Assembly (NCBI RefSeq): GCF_052425735.1
Contig: NC_135767.1
Coordinates: 6,262,001-6,326,000 of the forward strand
Source of the DNA: Oculina patagonica
Lineage: Eukaryota
Length of the DNA: 64,000 nucleotides
Direction: 5' to 3'
A program made the translations under genes and the position numbers. The notes under the pieces are model-generated. The model was not told the DNA's origin. It made no database searches and saw only the letters and a program-made list of their open reading frames with translations. Positions 42,629 to 55,544 of the stretch are shown here, in pieces. The number at the start of each line of letters is the position of its first letter. Position 1 is the first letter of the stretch.

Positions 42629-42912
42629 CACTGGAACATTTTTATTCACAAGTCATGATACATTATAGCAATGTATTTCTAACTATGTTTATTTTCACAT
42701 AAGTTTGTATGTATTTTGTATAAATAACTATTTTTTTAACAATTTTAATGGTAATGGGAGTTTTCCAAAGAACCAATATGGCCTAGTATTTACAGCTTGC
42801 AAATTCAAAATAATTAAATGAATGATATTATATATGATTATATATTTATTTATTCCTTTTTTTCAGCCTAGTCAAAGCAGAACCTGAGTAAAATGCATAA
42901 ATTACTGGTCAG

Positions 42913-43216
42913 CCCAGGGGGGTACTTGCAGTATACATGACGTGGAGGTCCGACGTATTTTTTTGGGTCGAAAATTTACACCCTTGGTATTTTTTTTAGG
43001 TCAAGAGATCTGTCATGTATTTTTTTAGGTCTTAAAGTCTCTTTGATTGAATAAATCAGTATCGAGGTGCTAGGTCTTGTACTTTTTGGGGTAGAAAATT
43101 TTGATGCCAGGTATTTTTTTGGCTGTAAAATTTCAGGCTACCGTATTTTTTTGGGTTCGCAATATGAAGCTCCGTCGGACCCCCCCGTCATGTATACTGC
43201 AAGTACTCCCCCTGGG
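42913..43216. mobile_element. MITE, copy of 30352-30671
   Basis: CCCAGGGGGGTACTTGCAGTATACATGAC...GTCATGTATACTGCAAGTACTCCCCCTGGG; flanks CTGGTCAG/TTGGTCAG. Confidence 0.82.
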
Positions 43217-43293
43217 TTGGTCAGTAGTATAGATCCCAACTCCTTGTAAATTGAACACTATAGATGAGAGCCAAGTAAATTGTAATGAATTAA

Positions 43294-43515
43294 AGGGGCT
43301 ATGTCACGCAATTTTAGCCAATTTTGGCACTGACCAACTGGTCATAGAATTAACTGAAATATCAAAATAACGGCTTAAAACTGTAGAAGAACTCAAAAGA
43401 AACACAGAAAGGCCAAAAAGGGGTGTGGATGGGCAAAATTTGAGAAGATTAAAACAGATTGCGTTCAGGTTAACTTGAAAAACAACGGTCCGACTAATTG
43501 GGTGACAAAGTCCCT
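43294..43515. mobile_element. TTAA-flanked (Kolobok-like) MITE
   Basis: TTAA|AGGGGCTATGTCAC...GTGACAAAGTCCCT|TTAA. Confidence 0.72.
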
Positions 43516-43783
43516 TTAACTTTTAATAGTGCTGACTCAAGACTTGTTAGGATATGTTAATATGTATATGTGACTAGGGTGTTGGACTCAGGCATTTGAT
43601 TCGCTATACTGGCATTACCAAGCTTTTATCAAGATCTGTCTTCTCACAACAACACCATCACGCATATTAAATGAGGAGATGGGTTAGGAGAACTAGGGGA
43701 CTCATCATGGAGACCAACTTTGACCAAAAACAAGTTCTCCCATCTACCGGTACATACAGTAATATGTAGGGAGAATTTTGCTA

Positions 43784-46700
43784 TTAATCTATATCTAAAT
43801 CACTGTCGCTGTTGTCCTCCTTTTTAGATGCCACACTTGTTGTTAACTGGCATCCTAATTCTTCTGTCAAAACGTCATTCCTGAAACAACAACAAAAATC
43901 ATAAATTAAAACAAAATTAAGATGGATAACAACTTGAATTTACACTACCTTAAAAAATAACAGAACTCTCAACCAAAGTACGTGAAATTTAAAAGTCAAA
44001 TTCTGGTCAGAGGTTTTCATTTAGAACCAATGACTCCACAGGGTTTTCATTAAGAATTGTAATAGCAGGAGAATAGTGTACAGTAACCGGAGAATGATTT
44101 TTAAAGGTTCCGCATCTTTATAAAAAAAATAGTTTCAGGCGTCTGAAATTTAGCCGGAGAATTCTACGTAGTAGTAGGAGAATTCTCCGATCTCCGATGC
44201 CTAATGAACACCCTGACTCCAGAATTTTGCAGTGGATACAGTGAACCCCAAACTGAAATGTCAGGCTTCTACTGCTACCGGTAATATTCAATGAAGTGTT
44301 TGCTATTATAATATTTATTTGGAGTAGTAAATGGTAAAGTCTGCAACGGGTCAAATGGCACTTACATTGCCGGAGCTTATCCCAGTTTAAAAAAATATAT
44401 TAGAGAGTAAGCCTCAAAAGCTCTACCTTGATTCTATGTGGGTCTTCTATCAAGGTCGAATTGGAAATTGGGGGAAAGAGGAAAACTGGAGAAAAACCCT
44501 CTGGGCAAGGACGAGAACCAACGACAAACTCAACCCACATATGATGCCAGGTCTGGGAATTAAACCCGGGCCACACTGGTGGGAGGCGAGCCCTCTCACC
44601 AAAAGGCTGTCCCTGCTCCCCCAAAGTTTCCCTAGCATTAGGAGACAGAGTATTTCTACCCTTTCCTGGATGGGATGCTAGTCCCACCCAGTGAGGAGTA
44701 GAAATACTCTGTCATCTACTGCTACTCCTCACTGGATGGGATGCTAGTCCATTGCAGGGTTACCTTCCAGCATTAAATTCCCTGGTTCTCCCTTAATACA
44801 CATAGATGCCAAGTCTCACGCTTTTGGCGTGAGACTCACGCTTTTTGACCCAATCTCACGCTACCACGCCATTGAGACAGAATATCACGCTTTTTCCAAA
44901 ATACTACAAATTGAGGAAAAAGTCCTAATTAATTTAAATTAAGAGATATACTTTCAGCTGTACTTTGGTAGAAATGAACGCTAATTGACCCTAATCGTCA
45001 ATAATACACACCGTTGTATTAATACACTTCTCTGCAATTACTTTTTTAAAAATTTTCTCGGGGGGGCATGCCCCCGGACCCCCCTAGACGTTCGGCCCTT
45101 CGGGCCTCACTTTTGCCGCTTCGGGGCAAAGCAATTTCTCACTCCACACCAAACAAAAAACTTGGCATCTATGTATACACCTTAGGAGTGGAGAGAGACA
45201 CTGTGAGAAACTCAGAGACTCAAAGGACAGTACAGAATGCAATATGGTCAATCAATCGACAGCATGATAATAATTTTCCAGGGTAATTTCGCTTGAGAAC
45301 AATTCAAATGAGTTCACCTTTCAGTTCAGTATTAAAGCAGCAAACGAGATATTTGTGCTTTTCGTGCAAAGGTTTGTAACATGATACCTTTGTTTTTCTC
45401 TTAGACTGCTATGATGCGTTTAAATCTAATTAAATTAACGCCACGGATTCTACAAGAATCGTACCGCATTGTCCCCTTCAGCATTTAGAAAAAGACCTAA
45501 AAAATTACAAATTTTAAGAACAGTGCACGAGCAGAGCACAAACTATTAATTACAAAGCATAAAATGTCGAAATTGCGACTTTCCCCCCCGAAATTGTCGC
45601 TAAAAATTGCGGCTTTTTCCCCCGAAATTGTCGCTAAAGCATTTTGTGCACCAGATCATGCTCTCGCCACGGTCTGGTGAACACGTCACACGCTCACTCA
45701 AGCATGAAGCCGAGAAGCACGTAGTGTGAAGATTTCTTTCAAGAAATGTCGGAACCGTCACGAAAGCATGTTCAAACACTAAAGCGGCAGAGGTTTTACA
45801 AAATAAAACGGAGGTTAGTTCAACCGATGGAGAACAAATCAAAGAAAAGGAAGTGACGGATGTAACATGATATTGTTGTTTTTCTCGCAGATCGCTGTGA
45901 TGCCTTTTAAGTCTAATTAAATTAATGCCAAGGATTCTACAGGAATTCAACCGCATTGAAAAGCACACCACCTTTAATACAAAATTTCTAAACACGTCCC
46001 TGTTATCTTAATTTTCGATAGCTTGAATTTCAGTTTGATATTGAAACAGCAAACGAGATACTTTTGTTTTTGTCAAAAACATGTTACATACTTTTGTTTT
46101 TGTCGAAAACGGATGTAACATGATGATATGGTAACGTGATTTATTTTCTGCAAACAAGGCGACATTGATTATACAACAGATATTATCAATTAATTATGAG
46201 ATGCTTGATCACCTTTTCTAAGAAAACAGCGTTGCCATATCAAGAATTATTTCACATGAACTGCTATGACGCCTTAGTGTCTAATTCAATTAATTTGTGA
46301 TTTTAACTTGGGGCCACGGAGTCTACACGAATCCTTCTGCAGAAGAAAAACGCAATGCTCGTGATGTAGACTGATCTGCGCATGCGTTTAGCACAAAGTA
46401 TTTTTTTCCAGAAATAATTGTACCACAAGGAGAGCATAGTGCTTTCTGAAACAAATATATACCTTGAGTTCTTCAATTGTAAGTGTCGTAATGTACTCCC
46501 CGATTTACCAAGGGCACACGGTCAGGTGCTCTCCATCCCCTCCCCCCTTTACAGAAATAATTAATTAATTGATATTAATTAATTAATTGGTGATTAAAAG
46601 TTTACACCGCGTTAGCGGTTTAGTGGTTTAGTGATTTAGTGATTTAGTGGTTTAGTGGTTTAGTGGTTTAGGGGTTTAGCAAACGACAACCCACCAAACC

Positions 46701-49700
46701 ATTACAATAGTGCATTCTGCACTAAAAAGCATCTATCCCAAGAAGACAATGCAAACACACAGCGCAGTCAAGGCTTGAACTCAGACTACCAGATCCAGAG
46801 TCCAGCATGCTAACCATTAGGTCTCTGCATCGCCAACTAAGCTTTGGAATGAGTGTCAAAAATGAGTCTTCAATGAAACCTGTATAATAAGCACTCACTC
46901 AATTAAGAAGCTCTCAACATCTACAGCAAAGAAGTCTTGTCCAAAGGTTTCTTCTAGCTTAACAAAGTTCCCGATTATTTGACCACTCTTGTAAACAAGT
47001 AAAGCAGGAAGACCTTCTGTTGTCTGAGTGTACAAAAATAAAATTAAAATAAAGGCAGGGGAAGTAAGCCAGGCCTGTATTAAGCAGACACCCTTATAAT
47101 AAATTACAATAGTTAGAGAGGAAGCCATGTCAGCTCTAGCTGGTTTTCATATGGGTCCTCTATCCAGGTTGAACTGGAATTTGGAAATGTTGGTTTTTCA
47201 GGAGGGAGGAAGGAAAATCGGAGAACCCGGAAAAAAACAACAACAAACTCAACCTACATATGACACTGGGTCTGGAGTAGAAGCCAGGACACATTGGCAA
47301 GAGGCGAGCACTCTCACCACTGCGCCATTCCTGCTCATTTAAAAAGATCAGACAGAAGCAAGGGTCCAAATTTCATTTCCATTATTTGCAGTAAAATACC
47401 TCTTTTAAGCAAACACTTCTATAAAGAGGATTTGGACATCTAAGGGGCTGAAGTGGTCATTGCTATAGTTTAAAACCTTGAACCCCCTAACATGCCTGTT
47501 GCTGAAAAAATCTCAGGTGAGGAGGTTTTAAGATTGCTGGCATGCTGAAATGATGCTGGAGTATTCTCATCATTGTCATCATTATGAAAAGAGAGACACC
47601 CTGCTTCCCATTAGCATTAAGTAAAAAGGTAAGGTAAAGTCTGTCTCTGAGCCATGAGGCCCATACAGCCGGGGCTTATCCCGGTTTCCGTAGCATTAAG
47701 CGACTAGGAGTATTGCTACTCCCCCCTGGATGGGATGCTAGTCCATCGCAGGGTTACCCCCCAGCAGTAAATTCACCGGTACCCATTTATACACCTGGGT
47801 GGAGAGAGGCACTGTAAGAGTAAAGTGTCTTGCCCAAGAACACAACGCAGCGCCCCGGCCAGGCCTCGAACCCGGACCGTTCGACTCGGAGTCAAGCGCG
47901 CTAACCATTAGGCCACCGCGCCTCCCGCCTCTTCCCAGTATTACCTAACATACAGTACACAAGAACATTATTTCAAATTGTACTTTGACTTACAAAATGT
48001 CTGCTGATACCAGTATCCCGAGCAATAATCTTGCAGAATTTGACCTAGTGTATTTGAAAAAAAAAAAACAGCTGTAAAGGCACATCATTGCTTAGAAAAA
48101 ATTCATCATTAAAAGTAGATTTCACAATGTTACAAACCATTAAGCAGGGATTTGATAAGAGGGAGTAATGGAGAATGCCGTGGATGTTCTGTTTCAGAAA
48201 TCCAAATGTCCTTCATCATATCATGGTAAAAATATTATTGCAAACAAACATTATGATTGTAATCTTTAATCTTAAATTATCGTTCATTCTGTCCTCTCCT
48301 TGATTCTCCTGTGATTCCCTGGCAGTATCAAAGGGGATTCCCCATTTACGGAGATACCAAATTATTAAATGAAAGGGGATTCCCCATACAAAGATAGTTG
48401 GTTTTTCAGACGAGGGGGGAATCCCCATTCAAAGGGAGATTCCCCTGAAATGGACCATGATTACCTACCAGAGAGTACTGTTGAGCTAAGCACTGAAGAC
48501 AGCCATTCATTGCTCTACAGCTTTGAAGATCCTTAACATGCAAAGGTAATAACAATAGTATTGAGAACTAAAAACCTCTTCAGATAAAGAGTTCAATAAC
48601 TAATAAAAATATTTAATAAGACTTCATTAAAACTAGAATCTTGAGTGGAGAAATGAATAAATGACATCTGGCTTGAGCCATTAGACATGTGAGAATTTAA
48701 CACAATAATTATTTTTATTGTATAAATCACACATCGGCCACAAGTAAACTCTCTTGTTCCTCTTTGCCACTTGCCTGTTTTAATCGCCTCAATCAAAATT
48801 GATCCATTCACGAAAACCTTGCAAATCAGCATTATACAGCTGACCAGAAATTTCTCTTTTTTTTGGTCTGCAACTGTTTTGCCTGTAAAACTAAACTAAT
48901 AAGATACTGTACACTACAGTAACATTACCTCACTAAAAAGATGAACCACTACTATCACATTAGGATTTTCTTTATCTATAGCGTCAAGAAACTGATGCTT
49001 GTCCAAAAGTGTGATTACTTTTCCAAATTTAGGTCTGAAATATAAGTTAGATAAAACGGTATTAACCAAAGTACCTCACTTAATTCTCTGAACTTGAAGT
49101 AAAGTCTGCATATAAGTCTAGTGGCCCAACAGGCATAACAGGTCTTTCCAGTTCTAGTGGCACAAACAGACTACAAGTATTTCTTCTCCCCTTGGATGGG
49201 GTTTTAGCTTAATGCAAATTTAACCATTTATACACCTAGGTTTTTATATGTGTACCTACATTTAAACACCTAGGTATAGTTAGAGGCACCATGAGCACGT
49301 TTACACCTTAGTTTCTGTTTCAATTGAGAAGATATATCAAACACTTGAAACAGTGTTTCATCGGCTATCCAAACACCTCAAATTTTGTCAAAAATACTCC
49401 GCTGCACATCATATTTTCAGCTCTCTTCTCGGTGTTTGGATATCACAATAAAAGACTGTCTTTTGTGTTGGATATATAACATCAATAACGAGAGGTACCA
49501 GTAATAATTGACAGAACTTAGTGCAAAAAAGAGATCATTAAACCTGTTAAGTTGAAGTCTTCTTTCTTGTTCTTGTTTCAACTGCAGCAATCTTTGTAAG
49601 TGATATTGTTGAATAAATTCATCTGTATCAAGCTCTAATTCCTTAAGAAGATCTTTTTCTCTCTCATCATCAAGCTGTGAATAAGGAAAAAAGTAATACC

Positions 49701-52700
49701 TATTAGTCAACTGGCTTTATTTTCAGCAAAGGCAAGAGACTAATAAAAATAAAAATGAAAAAATAATATATTTAATTAACTATTGTATTGCTTTTTGTGG
49801 CAAAAACACAGTACTGTAAAATATTAGTCCAGTTATAATCCCTGGGCTTATACAACTTTGTAAGGGGTTTGGAGTGGGCTTGTAAATGGAGGGGCTTATA
49901 AGCAAAAATAAAAAAAACATTTCAAAATGAGCCATGGCAGTTGTTTTTAAATTAAAAAGTCATAATAAAGTAACATTTAGTTGTTTCCAGGTAGATGGGC
50001 CTATAACCACAGGGGCCTTATAGGTCTCTGCACAGGTGGGGTCAAGACGCAGGGACATGTCGCAGCGACAAAATTATGTGTTGTTCACACTGAGAGGACA
50101 TGCAGCAGGGACGTGAAGCAGGGACATGTAGCAGCGACAAAATCACAATGTGTACACACGCAAGAAAATGTAGCAGGACATGTTGCAGCGACATGTTCCC
50201 TCGTGTGTGCAAAAAAATTATTTTTGGTGTGTGCAACACGAATTCTTGTAACATTTTGTCCCTGTGACATGTTGCACGCAGTCCAACAAGTTGAAATCCA
50301 AGCAACATGTCGCAGGGACAAAACTGCTGCAAAATCGTCCCTGCTACATGTCCCCTCAGTGTGAACAACACATAATTTTGTTGCTGCTACATGTTGCTGC
50401 AACATGTCCCTGCGACATGTCCCCACGTGTGGGGAGACCTTATAAGTTGGGGGGGGGGGCTTTTAACCGGAATTATTTTATGGTATTTCATTTTATATTG
50501 TGACCAGTCACATAGTTAACATGAGGGGGGGGGGGGGGAGGCATTGGCAGGGGGTCAAAAGTCCAAACTTCCTGTACTCTTCCCTAGTGATTTATAGGCT
50601 TACGTTATTACAAACTAACTTTTTTTATAATCACCTTCCTGCCACCTTAGGAATCCTGCTTCCCCCACTCTCTTCACACCTGCCTCCTGTAACCCACCCG
50701 CCCCCTATTCCTCCAGGCTCCTCCCACCCTGCCTCCCCACCCCCCCTGCACGCACTTTCTGTAGACTTCCCAACCCCCATTTCTTCTGGGTGCCTGTCCT
50801 CTGCCCCCCTCCCCCTCCCTGCCATTTACATAATCCAAAAACATTAAATAAATCTTCATAATTTAGAACAACAAAGACAAAATACAATGTTTTCAAGAAG
50901 GTAAATCCACAACTGAAGATATGCTTGTACATGCCACCATAACTTGGTGCTGTGCATGTTATACTAAACTTAATAAGGCCTTGTTATGAAAAAAAAAATC
51001 TTGAACAAAGATGACTTACACTGCTTTGGCAGGAAACAGAAAATTTCTCTGCTAATGATTTCATCTCCTTTTCTTTCTCTTTTCGTTGTTCAGTCTCAAG
51101 CTGCTTATAACGACGATAATCCTGAATAACACCTTTAGGTCCTGTCTGCAAACAAACCAGAAGAATCTGTCTTGTGAGCATATATTTAGAATATTTTATC
51201 AGTACAGGGTAGTATAAAGCTCGTTTGCCCCAGTCGTTGACTGTTATGGTATTTTCTCCCCTTGCAATCATATTTTGGAGTGGAAAGAAAAAGTCCTGAA
51301 GAAATGTTTACTACCAAAAGTAAGGACATTTGTCTAGCAATGTTCATCATTGACTGATTATTTGATTGTGCAGTTCCAGAAAGTATCCATACCCACACCA
51401 TGGAAGATCATTGAAAATACAAATGGGGAGAGGATTGCTAAAAAGCCAAAAAAAATTTAAAGAATAGTATGAAACTAAATTATAATTCTGAGAGGGGTGG
51501 GTCAGGGAGTTTAAACCAAAAAAGTGTGTGGCAACAAAGAACAAGTGGCTCTGGGGATGCATGATTTGATTGGCTAGATCTTAAACAAAGAAAATTTAAA
51601 TCTAGCCAATCAAATCAAATAGTTTAAAAATCCCCTAAAACAAAGGGATTTTAAAATGGTTGATTTAATTTGCTACATTTAAATTTCCTTTGTTAAAGAT
51701 CAAGCCAATCAACAAATCATGTGTCCCCAGAGCCACTTGTTCCTCATGCCCCAGGTTCTGCCAGCTAAGAGGGGCAAGCAGCTCTGGGGACCATTCTCAT
51801 TCCCAAAGCCCTTTCGTTTCTCCTAGCGGGCTGAGCCTTGGCAGTCGTGACGTTTCAAAAGAATGTATGAAAGAGTTGTTACGTTTTCGACTTCCGTTTA
51901 AGAATTCTTTGTTCCAAAAAATTCGAATTAATTATTAATAAAAAATTCTATGCCCCCAGAGCCCTCCGTTTTCTTGTGCCAAGCCGTCTAATAGAAACGA
52001 AAGGGCTATACATCGAATGCAAATATGGCGGACCACATGGTTGGTGCCTGGGACGAGCTGCATGAAAGCGAGGCTAGTTTGGCTTCAGTGTTTTGTTTTG
52101 ACCATGCTTTCCTACAAAAGTCTTGCTTATTAGTCGATCTGGTGTGTTTCTTTTCACTGTGCCTACGATTTTCTGTATTTCTGAATGCCATGAGAAGTGA
52201 TAAAAGTGTTCACCGTTTGCCTCTAAGGGAAAAAGTGGATCACTGCAACTCACTGAGACGAAAGAAAGGAGTTCATGATCGCCGCAGGTACTATTGAGGT
52301 TTGTTCGCTACATGGCTAGTACCTTCCCCAAGGTAAAGAAAAGTTCCACTTCCAAGATGAACAACTTTAAAAGAAGTTGTTCGTGTCCGGCTTTGTTGGC
52401 CTCTGATCCACTCGCACGAAACAAATACTAACCAAGTGAATGAAATTCAACTGACCCCATAGTTTAAGCTAGTGAAAGCATTGAGCCAAATAAGAACGAC
52501 TTGGAGCCAAATGCGATCGCTTGCACATTAATTTTTCTAAAATCTTCTAACCTGAAATGTAATGAACAAACTTTATAAAAAGCTCCTTCGGCGATGGTAA
52601 ACTCCTTTCCTTCGTCTGATTTCCCCTCAGAGGTGAAAGGGGAAACCGACAAAAATAAACTTTCTCTGCTGCGGAAGATTCTTTTCCTATCAGGTAGCAT

Positions 52701-53638
52701 TTACGAACCCCAAAACTCGTAGGAAGGTTGAAACTTAACAGGCCAGTTCGACCACGAAGCAAGACTTTTGTAGGAAAGCATTGTTAAAACAAAACATTGA
52801 GGTCTAACTAGCCTCGCTTTCATGCGACTCGTCCCAGGCACCGACTGGGTGGTCTGCCATATTTGCATTCGGTGTATGGGGACGAGAATGCTCTTGGGAC
52901 AAGAATGAGCTCGCCTCCCACCAATGTGGCTTGGGTTCAAATCCTGGACCAGCATCACATGTGGGTCAAGTTGGTTGTTGGTACTTGTTCTTGCTCCAAG
53001 GGCTTTTCTCTGGGTTCTTCGGTTTTTCTCCCACCACAGAAACCAACCATACAAATTCTTTGTAATAATAAGCACCTAAGAGGCCTTCTGAGAGAGCTAT
53101 TCCTTGTTGTGGGTAAATATAATTACTATTTTTATTTTACATTTTTAGCAAAATTTCCGCTTTTTTGGGGTGACAAAAGAAAATAACTATTTTTTGTTGT
53201 CAGATATATTGTCTCCTTACAAGTCCTTATTTCAAACAAACATTTGTCAAGGAGACAGCCGGTAAGATTTATAAAGAACTGCTAAGATTGTCTACAATGT
53301 TGATAGAGATCGAATTAGTCTTGATTAAATTTATCACCAAATTTCCTCAACCAACAACAAAAAAGTAGAGAAAAATATGGCGGAGCAGCTAAAGAATTCT
53401 TTAGTTTAGCTTTAATGACAATCGTGTTGTTGTTGTTGTTGAAATTATATAGAATGCTCACCTTCGGAACCTCAAGGCGAAAATCTGGCGGAGCCGCTAC
53501 ACCGCCAAGATCAATTTTATCGTCTCTGCTGTCATCTTCGCCACAACTCTTTTCGTCCTCGTCTTCTCCTTCACTCTCGGAGCTCGATACATAGTTCTGG
53601 GTCTTCAAACCAAGCAGTTTATCGTCTAAAGTCGTCAT
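43784..53638 (-). CDS. PDCL: Phosducin-like protein 1 (PhLP1; CCT co-chaperone for G-beta-gamma assembly), 291 aa
   Basis: Exons 53462-53638, 51020-51145, 49544-49674, 48929-49034, 48469-48531, 47994-48044, 46899-47023, 43784-43880 (876 nt). N-terminus MTTLDDKLLG..YVSSSESE, the TGPKGVIQDYRRYKQ helix, thioredoxin-like domain FLDAIDKE..VVVH..VKFCKI..GLPALLVYKSGQIIGNFV, and acidic end DSDLDID. Confidence 0.96.
44801..45173. mobile_element. MITE with a 6-bp TSD, inserted in a SINE
   Basis: CATAGATGCCAAGT...ACTTGGCATCTATG; flanks AATACA/TATACA. The host SINE (cf. 47785-47810, CCCATTTATACACCTGGG) resumes after it. Confidence 0.8.
46613..46680. repeat. 8-bp tandem repeat (TTTAGTGG/TTTAGTGA)n
   Basis: About 8 consecutive units. 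Confidence 0.85.
47620..47926 (-). mobile_element. Full-length tRNA-derived SINE; degraded copies at about 5470-7270 (split), 33265-33520, 35280-35440, 44370-45210 and 49120-49290
   Basis: Head GGGAGGCGCGGTGGCCTAATGGTTAGCGCG...GGGTTCGAGGCC (A/B boxes); body TCTTGGGCAAGACACTTTACTCT..CCACCCAGGTGTATAAATGGGTACC..CCCTGCGATGGACTAGCATCCCATCCAGGGG; (CTTTA/CCTTA)n tail. Confidence 0.85.
50022..50440. mobile_element. Harbinger-like foldback MITE
   Basis: TAT|AGGTCTC...GAGACCT|TAT; internal inverted GGGACATGT(C/A)GCAGCGAC repeats. Confidence 0.78.
52007..52878. mobile_element. Non-autonomous DNA transposon with about 125-bp TIRs
   Basis: ATACATCGAATGCAAATATGGCGGACCAC..GGTGCCTGGGACGAG..TTCCTACAAAAGTCTTGCTT is mirrored at 52757-52878. 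Confidence 0.78.
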
Positions 53639-54780
53639 TTTTACAACAAAATCGAGATTTCTCTTTGATCGAACTGACGGGAAAAGTTTATCGGCCAGCG
53701 GTTCGCGTACATCCAGGTAGGCACGTGGTATAACAATAACATAGTGAAGCAAGAAAATGAAGGCGGCCCCACCACTTTTTGCGCTTAGAAGAAAAATAAT
53801 TAAATATTAACAAGAGAGTATTTTCTCTTGATATTAAAATAAAAACAAAGATTTGAAACAAGTTTTCAATATGATAAGATTATTTTCAATTGTCAGCTCC
53901 CCTCCCCCCCTCCACTTTTCAACATGCTCCTGCGTTCGGAAGTTTTTTCGCTGGTTTGCACTTCGTCTTTGAGAAATAAAGTATGCAAAAAAACTCAGAA
54001 TTTAAAGGTTTTTAAAAGTTGATTTTATAATAAAATTAAACGCTAAAAAAGAACGACGTTTCGACCATTCAACGGTCATTCTCAAGTTCGGTGTTAGAAA
54101 ACATTGAAAAAGAAAGCCGCTCCTAAATCCTGAGTTTTTTTACACACTTTTTTCTCCAAAACGAAGCGCAAACCAGCGAAATAAAGTTCGTAATGATGTT
54201 TCTCGTAAAAGGAATTTCACACGCCAAAATTCAGCTATTTTTGTGCACTTTCAAAAATGGGCAAAAAACCAAGTGTCATTCTTGCCGTCGTGACTTCAAA
54301 TAAAATACTTCAAATGACAACGACAGCGCTTGTGGGTTCCAAAACTGCCCCGAATGTGAAAGTTACCGAGCAACTTGTTGTAGACAGGCCCACACTGGAA
54401 AGCGATATTTTACTGCATCCGCCATGAGCTATTAATATACATTAGAGTACCCTAGAGTAATATAATAATAGCCACAGCTATTTGCCTCCCCTAGAGTTTT
54501 TTATCTGAACTAATATACCAGCTACTTCAAATTGAACCTCTTCCAGCTCACGTGCTTCCAATATATTCAACTTTCCATAACAGATTTTACTAGAACTGTT
54601 TTCGCCTATTTTTTCCAAACACTTAAATGTTGGCCATTGCTTTTTGTTGCAGACAGTCAACACTTTCTGGCAGTGACCAAAGCTCTCCCTTGTAGACCCA
54701 GGGGGCGGGTACTTCCATATGTGGGCTATATAGGAATGTGCCGCAGGATGGGGGTATGGTTTGAGGTTGTCAGCCCTTAA

Positions 54781-55157
54781 GGCGGGGGTAAATGTGAATT
54801 TGAGTTAAATTTTAGGAGGTTTAAAGAAAGGAAAGGAGAATGAAAATTGTTTTTGAAGCACCACCAGACAGTTGACCCCCACGCAAGAGCACTCCGGTGT
54901 TCGTCTACCAATTTTAAACTTCAAATTCTAATTTTAAAATCCCATTAATTCTTATTTCTCTAAATTTTACTAATCCTTTGAGAAAAATTATCTCCTCCCA
55001 AAAAATACCAAAAATCACCCCAAAATTCGCAAAACATAGATTTGTGAAATGAGCAGAGATTTTTTGGGTGCTTGAAACGCTAACGAGATATTCGCATAAA
55101 CCCACATTAAACGGTCAGATAAACGGTAGAAAAACGGCTTTCACGTGAACCCCTGCC
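54781..55157. mobile_element. TTAA-flanked (Kolobok-like) MITE
   Basis: TTAA|GGCGGGGGTAAATGTGAA...TTCACGTGAACCCCTGCC|TTAA. Confidence 0.7.
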
Positions 55158-55383
55158 TTAAAATTGTGATCCTTTGATAGAGTTAGCGTTCCTTTAAATT
55201 GTGTTTATTAACCGCTTACTGTGCGTAAACGTTTAGCTAAACATAAAATATTTCCAGGTTGTTTTGTTTAAACTGAATTTTCTATCAATCATTTCATGAA
55301 CAATTTGACTTGAGAAAGGGCCAACATTAACAGACAATACAAAGAACCGGATCCTGGTGGATCTGATCAGCAAATTGTATAAA

Positions 55384-55544
55384 TACGAACAAATAAAATA
55401 ACTGAAAGGCTGACCGTACGGTAAGCGGATTGAATTAACTTGTGTATTTTTTCTTCCAGAAAAGAAAAAGAAAGAAAAAGATACAAGTTCAATCCGCCTA
55501 CCGTACGGTCAGCCTTTTAGTTTTTTTTTTATTATTTGTTCGTA
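55384..55544. repeat. Foldback inverted repeat
   Basis: TACGAACAAATAA..AAAGGCTGACCGTACGGTAAGCGGATTGAA / TTCAATCCGCCTACCGTACGGTCAGCCTTT..TTATTTGTTCGTA. Confidence 0.8.

Noticed and set aside
46613-46680. Interstitial telomere
   Set aside because: The unit is an 8-mer, not TTAGGG.
47513-47574. Possible intronic C/D snoRNA (ATGATGA...CTGA on the - strand)
   Set aside because: Short, with no terminal stem, no clear C'/D' boxes and no recognisable rRNA antisense element.
49981-50503. Cys/Thr-rich ORFs on both strands
   Set aside because: By-products of the foldback MITE's internal repeats.
50500-50932. Pro/Gly-rich ORFs over a C-rich tract
   Set aside because: Low-complexity intronic sequence with no splice-compatible exon.
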